Both the position numbers and the translations under genes were made by a program. A stretch of 64,000 bases of DNA from a candidate division WOR-3 bacterium (GTDB taxonomy: Bacteria > Hydrothermota > Tepidihabitantia > Tepidihabitantales > Tepidihabitantaceae): assembly GCA_965649165.1 (NCBI GenBank), contig CBFGJT010000004.1, positions 15,960 to 79,959 of the forward strand, written 5' to 3'. The notes beneath the pieces were generated by a model, which saw nothing but the letters and a program-made list of their open reading frames with translations, did no database searches and was not told the origin of the DNA. Position 1 is the first letter of the stretch. Each line of letters starts with the position of its first letter. Below, piece by piece: positions 18,534-27,579 of this stretch.

Positions 18534-18568
18534 GCGGGGCGATTGTCAATCGCCCCGCTTCTCTTTTT
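18534..18568. terminator. Bidirectional rho-independent terminator between convergent genes
   Basis: GCGGGGCGATTG-T-CAATCGCCCCGC is a perfect inverted repeat followed by CTTCTCTTTTT. Confidence 0.6.
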
Positions 18569-19736
18569 AATGATAAAACAACCGCAACCCGGTAAAAACC
18601 ATCACCATGCCATATTCATCAGCAGCACGGATAATCCCCTCATCCCGGGTTGAACCGCCGGGCTGAATCACAAACTGAACATTACTCCTGGCTGCCCGGT
18701 CAAGATTGTCCCGGAAAGGAATAAACCCATCCGAAGCCAGACAGATACCGTTAAACTGAGCAATCCACTGCCATCGTTCCTCCCGCGTCAATGGGGCTGG
18801 CACTTCAGCAAGCAGTCTGGACCAGGTATGCATCTCCTCAGGTGTGGCGTTCTCCTCCAGAAAAATATCAATTGCAGTTGCCTTCTCCCCCCGGCTGACA
18901 CCCTTTCTGAACTTCAACCCCAAAACCTTCGGATGCAGACGCAGGAACCACTTGTCTGCCTTTGCACAGGCAAGCCTGGTGCAGTGAATCCTTGACTGCT
19001 GACCTGCTCCCACTCCGATCACCTGTCCGTCATACGCCAGACAGACCGAATTGGACTGAGTGTATTTCAATGTCAGAAAGGCAAGCAGAAGATCCAACTT
19101 TGCACTATCAGGGATCACCTTCTTAACCGTAACCACATTCTCCAGCAGCTTATCGTCAATCCGGGCATCGTTACGCTCCTGCTCAAGAAAAAGACCGAAC
19201 AGCTGCCGGACCTCTACCGGCGGCGGGGTCCATGCTGGGTCAATTCGGAGAATCGGATAGGTGCCATTCTTCTTGGTTTTAAGAATTTCCAGCGCCGCGG
19301 GCTCATATCCCGGAGCAATACAGCCGTCAGAGATCTCCCGGGACAGAAGACGTGCCGTGGCTTCGTCCACCGGATCAGAAAATGCCGCCCAGTCCCCGAA
19401 GGTTGCCATCCGATCTGCACCCCGGGCACGAGCATAGGCACAGGCAAGCGGAGAAAGCTCGCCCTCGGGCACAAACAGTGACTTTTTCAGCTTATCATCC
19501 AGCTCCCGACCAATCGCTGCCCCCGCCGGGCTGGTATGTTTAAAACTGGCAGCGGCCGGCATCCGGGTAAGCGCGCGCAACTCCTTCACCAGCTGCCAAG
19601 AGTTCAATGCATCAACCAGGTTGATATATCCGGGAATTCCGTTAAGCACCTCGATTGGCAGTCTGCCTTCCGGCACATAAACCCGGGCGTTCTTCTGATG
19701 AGGATTGGTTCCGTAGCGCAGGCGGATTTCGTCCAA
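18567..19736 (-). CDS. AICAR transformylase (PurH C-terminal AICARFT) domain protein that lacks the N-terminal MGS/IMP-cyclohydrolase domain
   Basis: …LRYGTNPHQKNARVY… matches the PurH motif RYGENPHQ. At 389 aa it is about 130 aa shorter than bifunctional PurH. Confidence 0.55.
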   Translation of the reverse strand: MDEIRLRYGTNPHQKNARVYVPEGRLPIEVLNGIPGYINLVDALNSWQLVKELRALTRMPAAASFKHTSPAGAAIGRELDDKLKKSLFVPEGELSPLACAYARARGADRMATFGDWAAFSDPVDEATARLLSREISDGCIAPGYEPAALEILKTKKNGTYPILRIDPAWTPPPVEVRQLFGLFLEQERNDARIDDKLLENVVTVKKVIPDSAKLDLLLAFLTLKYTQSNSVCLAYDGQVIGVGAGQQSRIHCTRLACAKADKWFLRLHPKVLGLKFRKGVSRGEKATAIDIFLEENATPEEMHTWSRLLAEVPAPLTREERWQWIAQFNGICLASDGFIPFRDNLDRAARSNVQFVIQPGGSTRDEGIIRAADEYGMVMVFTGLRLFYH

Positions 19737-19781
19737 GGTTTATAAAATAACCTTCAGCTGGCTATTGTCAAACACAGCTGG

Positions 19782-20186
19782 TTAAACCCGGTCCGGAAAT
19801 TTCTCCTTCAGATAATCAACAATCTCCTGGGTCGGTGTCCCGGGCCCGAACAGTCGGCCACAGCCCATCCGGTAGAGCTCCTCCATGTCCTCTTTGGGAA
19901 TTATGCCGCCGCCGAAAACCAGGATATCGCCCGCACCCCTTTCCTTCAGCAACCGCATTACCTCCGGAATTAGCGTCATATGGGCACCGGAGAGAATTGA
20001 AAGCCCGACCGCATCCACATCCTCCTGAATTGCCGTCTCCGCAATCATCTCCGGTGTCTGGTGCAATCCGGTATAGATCACCTCAAACCCGGCATCCCGC
20101 AGCGCCCGGGCAACCACCTTTGCGCCCCGGTCATGACCATCCAGCCCGGGCTTGGCGATGAGAATTCTCAGTTTCTTCATCTTCAC
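19782..20186 (-). CDS. Methylmalonyl-CoA mutase-family B12-binding subunit (small subunit of a split acyl-CoA mutase)
   Basis: …[39 protein letters not shown]… is the cobalamin-binding DxHxxG-type Rossmann domain; 134 aa. Confidence 0.8.
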   Translation of the reverse strand: MKMKKLRILIAKPGLDGHDRGAKVVARALRDAGFEVIYTGLHQTPEMIAETAIQEDVDAVGLSILSGAHMTLIPEVMRLLKERGAGDILVFGGGIIPKEDMEELYRMGCGRLFGPGTPTQEIVDYLKEKFPDRV

Positions 20187-20189
20187 CTC

Positions 20190-21842
20190 CTAAAACATCG
20201 GTGGTTCGGCATAAGTGCCGAAGACCTCCTTCATTGCTCCACAGATTTCCCCAAGTGTGGCATAGGCGCGTACCGCTTCCAGAATCGGATACATTACATT
20301 ATCCCGGCCCGCACAGGCGGCTTTCAGATCATCAAGGGTGCGACGCACCTTCGCATTATCCCGGCGCTGTCGCAACCGCCTCAGCCTTTCACACTGTTCC
20401 ACTTCCACCCGCGGATCAATTTTAAGTATCGGAATTTCTAGCCGCTCACCTTCTAGCACATACTTATTCACCCCGACAACCGTTCTCCTCCCTTCGTCAA
20501 CCGCCTTCTGATAACGATAAGCTGCCTCCGCAATCTCGCGCTGGGGATAACCGTACTCAATCGCCTTGATCATACCGCCTAAGGCGTCGATTTTTGCAAA
20601 ATATTCGTATGCCTGCTCTTCCAACCGATTGGTCAGCGCCTCTACATAATAGGAACCTCCCAGGGGGTCAATAACATTTATTACTCCTGTCTCCTCGGCA
20701 ATCAGCTGCTGGGTGCGCAGTGCAATCAGAACCGCCTTCTCGGTCGGCAGTGCCCAGGTTTCATCCATCGAATTGGTATGCAGACTCTGAGTGCCACCCA
20801 GTACTGCTGCCAGTGCCTGAAATGCGGTTCGGACGATATTATTCTCGGGCTGCTGGGCGGTCAGGGTACAGCCCGCAGTCTGAGTATGAAAGCGCAAAAG
20901 CCATGACTCCGGTTTTTTCGCCTTGAATGTCTCCCGCATCTCCCGTGCCCAGATTCGCCTTGCCGCCCGGAATTTGGCAATCTCCTCAAAAAAATCCAGA
21001 TGGGAATTAAAGAAAAATGAAAGTCGGGGTGCGAACTCATCCACATCCAGCCCGGCCCTGATTCCCGCTTCAACATAGGTCATCCCATCCTTCAGGGTGA
21101 ACGCCAGCTCCTGGGCTGCAGTGGAACCGGCCTCCCGGATGTGATATCCGGAGATGGAAATTGTGTTCCATTTCGGCACATGCCGGGCACCGAACGCCAT
21201 GATATCGGTAATAATCCGCATCGACGGCTCGGGCGGAAACAGCCAGGACTTCTGGGCAATATACTCCTTTAAAATGTCGTTCTGAATCGTCCCCCGCAGT
21301 TTCTCGCTTGATACCCCCTGCTTCTCCGCGGTAACAATATAGAATGCCCACAGCACCGCTGCCGGACCGTTGATCGTCATTGATGTTGATACCTCGCCCA
21401 GCGGAATACCGTCAAACAGCGTCTCCATATCCTCAAGCGAAGACACCGCCACTCCGCATTTTCCTACTTCACCCCGCGCCATCGGATCATCCGAATCCCG
21501 TCCGTAGAGCGTGGGAAAATCAAACGCTACTGAAAGCCCGGTCTCACCATGGGCAAGCAGAAACTTGTAGCGGGCATTGGTGTCCCGGGCGGTGCCGAAC
21601 CCGGAAAACTGACGCATCGTCCAGAGCCTGCCCCGGTACATGTTATGCCGGATGCCACGGGTAAACGGATACTCACCGGGGAAACCCAAATCCCGCAGAT
21701 AATCAAACCCCGGCACGTCGGCTGGTGTATAGATGATATCCACGGGCAGGCCGGAAACGGTCACGAACCGCTCCGGTTCACCCTTGTTCACACACCCTTC
21801 CCACCTTTCCCGTTCCCTCTGGATCCGTTCCAGTTCATTCAT
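20190..21842 (-). CDS. Methylmalonyl-CoA mutase-family large subunit, substrate-binding TIM barrel only. The probable start is MNELERIQ…, which overlaps the meaB stop.
   Basis: …[12 protein letters not shown]…[53 protein letters not shown]… is diagnostic of the MCM/ICM acyl-CoA mutase family. Confidence 0.8.
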   Translation of the reverse strand: MNELERIQRERERWEGCVNKGEPERFVTVSGLPVDIIYTPADVPGFDYLRDLGFPGEYPFTRGIRHNMYRGRLWTMRQFSGFGTARDTNARYKFLLAHGETGLSVAFDFPTLYGRDSDDPMARGEVGKCGVAVSSLEDMETLFDGIPLGEVSTSMTINGPAAVLWAFYIVTAEKQGVSSEKLRGTIQNDILKEYIAQKSWLFPPEPSMRIITDIMAFGARHVPKWNTISISGYHIREAGSTAAQELAFTLKDGMTYVEAGIRAGLDVDEFAPRLSFFFNSHLDFFEEIAKFRAARRIWAREMRETFKAKKPESWLLRFHTQTAGCTLTAQQPENNIVRTAFQALAAVLGGTQSLHTNSMDETWALPTEKAVLIALRTQQLIAEETGVINVIDPLGGSYYVEALTNRLEEQAYEYFAKIDALGGMIKAIEYGYPQREIAEAAYRYQKAVDEGRRTVVGVNKYVLEGERLEIPILKIDPRVEVEQCERLRRLRQRRDNAKVRRTLDDLKAACAGRDNVMYPILEAVRAYATLGEICGAMKEVFGTYAEPPMF

Positions 21843-22806
21843 GAAACCCCCTTTCCTTAAACAGCAGGTCCACCGCCTCATAGGGCGAAAATCGGCGGCT
21901 CATCACCGCCTCAACCAGCTCCTCCAACCGCTCCTTAAAACCGTCCCGGTGCCAGAGCCAGCTCTGTAGCTTCTCGCTGAGCCGACGTTCAATCTCCGCT
22001 CTCACCGCCCGGCGCCGGCGCTCCTCAAGAATGCTGTTGGCTTCCAGATACCGGCGGTGAGCAGATATTCTTTCATAAAGTTCCTCAATCCCCAAACCCG
22101 AAATGGCAGTAATCTTCACTACCGGTGGTATCCAGGAATCATTTTTCGTTCGCAGCTCCAGCATTGTCTGAATCTCCAGCACCATCCGGTCCGCCCCCTC
22201 CCGATCACACTTATTAACGCAGAAAATCTCCCCGATCTCCATCAACCCCGCCTTCAGCGCCTGAATTGAATCCCCGGATTCCGGCACCAGCACCACAACC
22301 GTAGAATCAGCAGCTTCCGCAATATCCAGCTCCATCTGCCCTACCCCCACGGTCTCAATCAGAATATAGTCGCAGCCGAACGCATCCAGAATATCGCACA
22401 CCTCCCGCGTGCGTCGAGCCAGTCCGCCCAGACTGCCACGGGTTGCCATTGAACGGATATAAACTCCGGGATCGGTAAAAAGTGCCGCCATCCGCACCCG
22501 ATCTCCCAGGACCGCACCGCCGGAAAATGGGGAACTCGGATCAACTGCAACAATTCCCACCCGAAAATTATACTCCCGTAACTGTCCGGCAAGCTTCTCC
22601 ACCAATGTGCTCTTCCCGGCTCCGGGCGGACCGGTAACCCCCACCCGATACGCCCTGCCCATCAGCGGATAAAGTTTATTCAGAATCAGCTTTGCCTGTG
22701 CAGACTCATCCTCGACCAGAGAAATTATCTGACCGCAGGCTCGCCGGTCACCCTGGGCGAACCGCCTCAGCAATTCATCAACGGTCAATTCCGACACGAT
22801 TGACAA
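21835..22806 (-). CDS. meaB: MeaB/ArgK G-protein chaperone of methylmalonyl-CoA mutase
   Basis: …[18 protein letters not shown]… P-loop, then …ETVGVGQ… and …NKCD…, the G3E-family GTPase motifs. Confidence 0.8.
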   Translation of the reverse strand: MSIVSELTVDELLRRFAQGDRRACGQIISLVEDESAQAKLILNKLYPLMGRAYRVGVTGPPGAGKSTLVEKLAGQLREYNFRVGIVAVDPSSPFSGGAVLGDRVRMAALFTDPGVYIRSMATRGSLGGLARRTREVCDILDAFGCDYILIETVGVGQMELDIAEAADSTVVVLVPESGDSIQALKAGLMEIGEIFCVNKCDREGADRMVLEIQTMLELRTKNDSWIPPVVKITAISGLGIEELYERISAHRRYLEANSILEERRRRAVRAEIERRLSEKLQSWLWHRDGFKERLEELVEAVMSRRFSPYEAVDLLFKERGFHE

Positions 22807-23287
22807 TACCTCTCTGATACGGGTGTTTGATCTCTTTAATTTCGCTCACCAGATCTGCCAGTTTAATCAGCTCCGGCTTGGCATTCCTGCCGGTAATCAC
22901 CAGTTCTACCCCGGCTGGACACTCCTGAACCAACCTGATCACCTCGATCAATGGCACTAGCCCGTAATCCACCGCACAGTTGAGCTCATCCAAAATCACC
23001 AGCTGGTAGTTTCCAGACTGGATCGCCTTCCGGGCAAACTCTAACCCCTCCCGGGCAAACCGGACATCATCCGCACCCGGATTACCCCGCTGGACAAAGG
23101 TCTTCAGACCAAACTGCCTTACTTCCAAATTTTCGAGCAACCGCGCAGTGCGGACCTCACCATACTGATTGTCACCCTTCATGAACTGCACCACCAGCAC
23201 CCGCCAGCCATGACCAAGGGCACGCATTGCCAGACCGAATGCCGCGGTTGTCTTTCCCTTGCCATCGCCCGTATAAACCTGTAGCAT
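22778..23287 (-). CDS. cobO: Cob(I)alamin adenosyltransferase (CobO/CobA/BtuR type)
   Basis: MLQVYTGDGKGKTTAAFGLAMRALGHGWRVLVVQFMKG…LVILDELNCA… is the CobA-family P-loop fold; 169 aa. Confidence 0.75.
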   Translation of the reverse strand: MLQVYTGDGKGKTTAAFGLAMRALGHGWRVLVVQFMKGDNQYGEVRTARLLENLEVRQFGLKTFVQRGNPGADDVRFAREGLEFARKAIQSGNYQLVILDELNCAVDYGLVPLIEVIRLVQECPAGVELVITGRNAKPELIKLADLVSEIKEIKHPYQRGIVNRVGIDR

Positions 23288-23289
23288 CG

Positions 23290-23796
23290 CTAATTTATAT
23301 CCGGATTGAACTCCGGTCCCAGTCGGGCTTTAAACAGCAGCGCCATCAGCGCATTCCAGGTCCGGAAGGAATAAACCTCACGGGCAATTGGGGCATTTGC
23401 CATTAATTCGGCAACCGCCCCGTTCTCCCCCTGCGACATGATGATAATCCGCAGTACGATATGGGCGATCACCCAGCCCGCAACCACCCCCCAGAAAAAT
23501 CCGAGAAGCCCGTCCAGCGATTCGAACGACCAGCCGGTCACACCGAAGAGCCAGTGGGCGAAGATAAAAGCAAGAACCGCAAAAATGAGAAAAATCACGA
23601 TCAGCGTCACCACCGGCTGCACACCGATTGTCTGAGCAACACTGCTTGCCAAACTGTTGGCACCCGCCGCTGCTGCCACCAGCCCCGCCGCCTCAAAAAG
23701 TGTCAACCCCATCCCTCCGGCTTTGCTTGTCCGGACGGTCTGAATGATCGCCACCCCCACTACAATCCCCAGACTCATCCAGTCAAACCAGAACAT
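23290..23796 (-). CDS. CvpA-family membrane protein
   Basis: 168 aa with 4 TM helices and CvpA-like layout. Confidence 0.5.
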   Translation of the reverse strand: MFWFDWMSLGIVVGVAIIQTVRTSKAGGMGLTLFEAAGLVAAAAGANSLASSVAQTIGVQPVVTLIVIFLIFAVLAFIFAHWLFGVTGWSFESLDGLLGFFWGVVAGWVIAHIVLRIIIMSQGENGAVAELMANAPIAREVYSFRTWNALMALLFKARLGPEFNPDIN

Positions 23797-23807
23797 CTTC
23801 CCTCCTG

Positions 23808-24104
23808 CTAATCCAGGTCCTCATCCTCATCCAGCCCCTCATCCAGGTCATCCATCCCTTCCATTCCCTCATCCCCGAACGCCTCATCTGCACCCGCACC
23901 ATAATCCTCATCCACATCCGGCAGGTCAATATCGGTATCGTCCTTGGAACCGCCAATCACTGTAAACCGACCGAACACCTGATGCACACTTTTGCTGCCG
24001 CAGTGCGGACATACCGGCTTCAACCCGGCCTCCTTCTCCTGCAGTGTTGCGACAATATCAAACTTCTTCTCGCACTCATCACAACAGAACTCATAAACAG
24101 GCAT
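23808..24104 (-). CDS. FmdB-family zinc-ribbon protein with a highly acidic C-terminal tail
   Basis: MPVYEFCCDECEKKFD…CPHCGS… is the FmdB zinc-ribbon signature. The C-terminal 45 aa are Asp/Glu-rich. Confidence 0.7.
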   Translation of the reverse strand: MPVYEFCCDECEKKFDIVATLQEKEAGLKPVCPHCGSKSVHQVFGRFTVIGGSKDDTDIDLPDVDEDYGAGADEAFGDEGMEGMDDLDEGLDEDEDLD

Positions 24105-24180
24105 AAACCTGACCTCCTTTAATCTTAATAATACTTCTACTCAAAACCGCCTGCCTGTCAACAGGAACACCTATCCTCAT

Positions 24181-24212
24181 AAAAAAAGGGCGCCCGTAAA
24201 ACCGGACGCCCC
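24181..24212 (-). terminator. Rho-independent terminator for the 24231-26333 gene
   Basis: On the minus strand: GGGCGUCCGG-UUUUA-CGGGCGCCC followed by UUUUUUU. Confidence 0.6.
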
Positions 24213-24230
24213 GACCATTAACTCCCGCTC

Positions 24231-26333
24231 CTAATTCAGCCGCAGAACCTTAGTCTCAACCATGCCATCCGGAGTAGAAACCTTCAGAAAATACACACCA
24301 CGATTCAAACCTTGGGGCTGCCACAAATAACTGCCGCTTCCCGGTGCAACATCAAACTCCACCTGCTCAACCCGTCGGCCTGATGCATCAAAAGCTTCAA
24401 ACCTCATCCTGCCTGCAATTCCCGCATGATAATATATCCGGGTCCGGCGTCCAAACGGATTAGGAGAAACCCGGAACTTCAACGGCTCTACTACCGCCGG
24501 TACCTCCGCCAATCCCACATTGGCATTATACCACACCTGCGCCGCATCCGCATTTGCCCGCAACCCGTTCTCATCACTGCCACCTACCACCGCCACCGCT
24601 AGCCGGGCACTTCCTCCCGGATTGATATCAAACGGTCCGGCAGAGGTAACGATTGACCAGTCATAGGGCCGGTTGGAGCTCCGCTGGACGATTGTGCCGT
24701 TCAAAAAGCGCCACTTCATATTTTCGGTCATTGCGGTATCCGGATAGACATAAATCGCATGATCCACCAGGCTCAGATTCCGGAAACTGGCAGGCTCCAG
24801 AATTCTCACCCCCACTGTCGGATTGGCGCCCGACGCCTGCCGCATATACACCAGTCGGCGCACGGTGTCGGCGGCACCTTGATTGGTTGTGGGCGAGGAA
24901 CCGATGTCAAAATCCATAAACAGACCGGCATACAAACCGTTAACCGCACTGGAGCCCTGATTCTGGATGTCATAGACAATGACGATAAAGTCATCAAACG
25001 AGGGGTCGGCACTCATATAACTATGCTGAACCACCCGCAGGCTCTTGGGACGGGGATGAGCCGCGTCAGAGAAGCTGGCGTAAAAATGCTCATCACCGAC
25101 ACCCGGCGGCACAGTCGCCCGCAGCGACTCCACCGCCACTAGATCCGAATTGATCTGGCTTGCCGGCCGGCCATAATACCGGTCTGCAACATAACCGGTA
25201 TCGGTCCCCATCACAAATGAGCCGTAATAGAGGGCGCTGGCGGCTGTCTTCGGATAGCGGAACCCGGAACCGGCATCCGCCGGAGCATCATACCCCACCG
25301 GACCAAAACAGGAGACCGTCAGCCGGCAGTAACCGGTATCATGATCCATCAACGCAAACACATTGGCAATACTCGTCGTCTGCCATGAGGTGTCATTCGC
25401 CCGGTTAAGGTCACCACTCAGGTCGGTAAACATCGTGACAGTATAACTTGCACCTCCTGGACCGGTATGCCATACCGGAAAAGTTACATCGGTCCGAGAA
25501 CCAGGCTGAATTGCACTCGTTACGGTCACAATCTCATTATATACCCTCACCGCTCCGGAATCGATCCAGCAGTAAACCTGAAAGTTACTCTCCGCATTCG
25601 TGCCATAATTGACCACCCGGGCAACGGGCTGATAACTACCCGGACCAACATTCGGCTCCGGCACCAGAATTCTTGACACGCCCACATCATGTGCCAGCCC
25701 TGGAATCCGGCTGATAACGGCTCTGATATTCCAGTTGTAATTTAACCCCTGGTCTGCCAGCTGGCGCCAAGATGTGCGGTTATTGGAGAGGAACCCACCC
25801 CGGTTGCGCACCATCGGTCCGGCATCGCACCCGATCGGATATCTCCCTGCAGTATGTGTCAACCGCACACAGGCCCAGAAATCGCTTCCCGCCGGCAATA
25901 CCAGCGGCGGATTGAGATCAATCCGCTTCCAGCGCATCGAGTCCGCACCACTGTAGGGAACCGATTCCAGCACCGCCCCAGGGGTAGTATCATTACCTTC
26001 CGCAAAAATATATGCATAATCGTTGCTGGAGTTGTGCCACTGATAGAAGAGAATCGCCTTAAGCGTGCAGGCACTCGTCGGGGTAAAACGCGCCGCTGAA
26101 TAGAAGGTGCCGCCACTGGTTAGCCCTACACCAGTATAAGGTACACCATCAAAATGGAGAGTTTCATCAGCAAAGAAATCGACCGCTGGCGATTCGTTGT
26201 TACTCACTGCTGGGGTCAGCATTTCCTCAGATCGGCTCAAAAGTGGAGCCGGCCCGGCCTGCGTCACCGGCAGCGCACCCCAGGCAAGTGCAATAACCAC
26301 TGTCAGACCAGCTACGACCGACAACAGCCTCAT
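24231..26333 (-). CDS. Large secreted protein with a T9SS C-terminal sorting domain; function unknown
   Basis: Signal peptide MRLLSVVAGLTVVIALAWG. The C-terminus …SPNPFGRRTRIYYHAGIAGRMRFEAFDASGRRV…GVYFLKVSTPDGMVETKVLRLN is a Por-secretion tail. Confidence 0.6.
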   Translation of the reverse strand: MRLLSVVAGLTVVIALAWGALPVTQAGPAPLLSRSEEMLTPAVSNNESPAVDFFADETLHFDGVPYTGVGLTSGGTFYSAARFTPTSACTLKAILFYQWHNSSNDYAYIFAEGNDTTPGAVLESVPYSGADSMRWKRIDLNPPLVLPAGSDFWACVRLTHTAGRYPIGCDAGPMVRNRGGFLSNNRTSWRQLADQGLNYNWNIRAVISRIPGLAHDVGVSRILVPEPNVGPGSYQPVARVVNYGTNAESNFQVYCWIDSGAVRVYNEIVTVTSAIQPGSRTDVTFPVWHTGPGGASYTVTMFTDLSGDLNRANDTSWQTTSIANVFALMDHDTGYCRLTVSCFGPVGYDAPADAGSGFRYPKTAASALYYGSFVMGTDTGYVADRYYGRPASQINSDLVAVESLRATVPPGVGDEHFYASFSDAAHPRPKSLRVVQHSYMSADPSFDDFIVIVYDIQNQGSSAVNGLYAGLFMDFDIGSSPTTNQGAADTVRRLVYMRQASGANPTVGVRILEPASFRNLSLVDHAIYVYPDTAMTENMKWRFLNGTIVQRSSNRPYDWSIVTSAGPFDINPGGSARLAVAVVGGSDENGLRANADAAQVWYNANVGLAEVPAVVEPLKFRVSPNPFGRRTRIYYHAGIAGRMRFEAFDASGRRVEQVEFDVAPGSGSYLWQPQGLNRGVYFLKVSTPDGMVETKVLRLN

Positions 26334-26542
26334 AATTACCTCCTTCTTTGTTTTTTAAACGTCAACATTCAATCTCTTCTGCCCGACAGTTTGAGTTTAA
26401 TCACCAATGCATCGATGTCAAGTCAAAACTCAATTTTTCAATCTGCACTCAGCTGTTTCCCCGATAGTGGTAGAAATCGTCCTGGTGACGGCTTGCGCAA
26501 TTATTGACAGCAAATATCTAATCCTTATGCTAATAACCGCTG

Positions 26543-27382
26543 ATGGCAAACTTTTTTGCCGGCTCTTCACTTCCGGATGCTCAGGTGGTGGTCATCGGTA
26601 TGCCGCTTGACCGCACCAGTTCCTACATCCCCGGCACCCGTTTTGGTCCTGCAGTCGCCCGTCTCGGCACTGCCAACATTGAATCCTTCAGTCCTTATCT
26701 GCGCCGGGATGTCAGCGCGGTCCGCGTGTTTGATGCGGGAGACCTGGAGTTCACATTTGAAGAACCCACCACCCCGGAGACGCTCATCCGGAAAACCACT
26801 GCGGCGACCTACCTGGCAGGAAAGAAACAGCTGGCAATCGGCGGTGAACATTCCATCACTCCGTTCATCATCGCCGAAATGTCTCAGCGGTTTCCGGAGC
26901 TATGCGTCCTACAATTTGATGCTCATTCCGATCTCAGAGATGAATTTCTTGGCGAACCGAACAGCCATGCAACCGCTATGAAACGGGTCCTGGATTACAT
27001 TCCCCGGGAAAACCTGTTTCAGCTCGGAATCCGCTCCTTCTTCCACCCGGATGAACTGGAACTCCCCAACCTCTTTCCGTTTGAAGTTCTGGCACCGCTT
27101 GCCACAGTGCGAAAAAAAATCGGCGCACGCCCCCTTTACATCACCCTGGATATCGATGTCCTAGACACCGGAGTCATGCCTGAAGTCCAGACCCCCCAGC
27201 CTGGCGGCTGCTCCTATGGGGAACTGGTGCGCGCCCTTGCCGGACTCCAGGATCTCAACATCATCGGTGCCGACCTGGTGGAGTTCTGCCCGCGGAACTA
27301 CACCGCTACCGCTGCCGCTTCCACTGTCGCCGAACTGATTCGCGAACTTATTCTGCTGCTCAGCATTGAAACCAAGGTGTAA
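26543..27382 (+). CDS. speB: Agmatinase / arginase-family ureohydrolase
   Basis: GGEHSIT, DAHSDL and DIDVLD are the Mn-binding motifs of the arginase/agmatinase family; 279 aa. Confidence 0.75.
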   Translation: MANFFAGSSLPDAQVVVIGMPLDRTSSYIPGTRFGPAVARLGTANIESFSPYLRRDVSAVRVFDAGDLEFTFEEPTTPETLIRKTTAATYLAGKKQLAIGGEHSITPFIIAEMSQRFPELCVLQFDAHSDLRDEFLGEPNSHATAMKRVLDYIPRENLFQLGIRSFFHPDELELPNLFPFEVLAPLATVRKKIGARPLYITLDIDVLDTGVMPEVQTPQPGGCSYGELVRALAGLQDLNIIGADLVEFCPRNYTATAAASTVAELIRELILLLSIETKV

Positions 27383-27406
27383 AAACCGCTAAGGAGGCTA
27401 ACCCTT

Positions 27407-27571
27407 ATGTGCTGTCGTGCCTGTGCCGGCTATGAAATCTGCCGTACCCGAGGCAGGATAAAGGATGACGACTGCTGTCCCCAGTGCCAGTATTTTGACT
27501 CCTGTATGGAAGAACCCGACCAGGGTGACAGCCGTCAGCGTCGTCCGGCAAGCCGTCGCTCTGCAAAATAG
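27407..27571 (+). CDS. Small cysteine-rich protein (54 aa, 10 Cys) of unknown function; too short to appear in the ORF track
   Basis: AAGGAGG lies 9 nt upstream of the ATG. The sequence is MCCRACAGYEICRTRGRIKDDDCCPQCQYFDSCMEEPDQGDSRQRRPASRRSAK. Confidence 0.35.
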   Translation: MCCRACAGYEICRTRGRIKDDDCCPQCQYFDSCMEEPDQGDSRQRRPASRRSAK

Positions 27572-27579
27572 CCGGCGCA

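Noticed and set aside
23744-23965. ORF encoding a His/Pro-rich peptide (…PHPHPAPHPGHP…)
   Set aside because: It is the antisense reading of the GA(T/G)-repeat region that encodes the acidic Asp/Glu tail of the FmdB-like zinc-ribbon protein.
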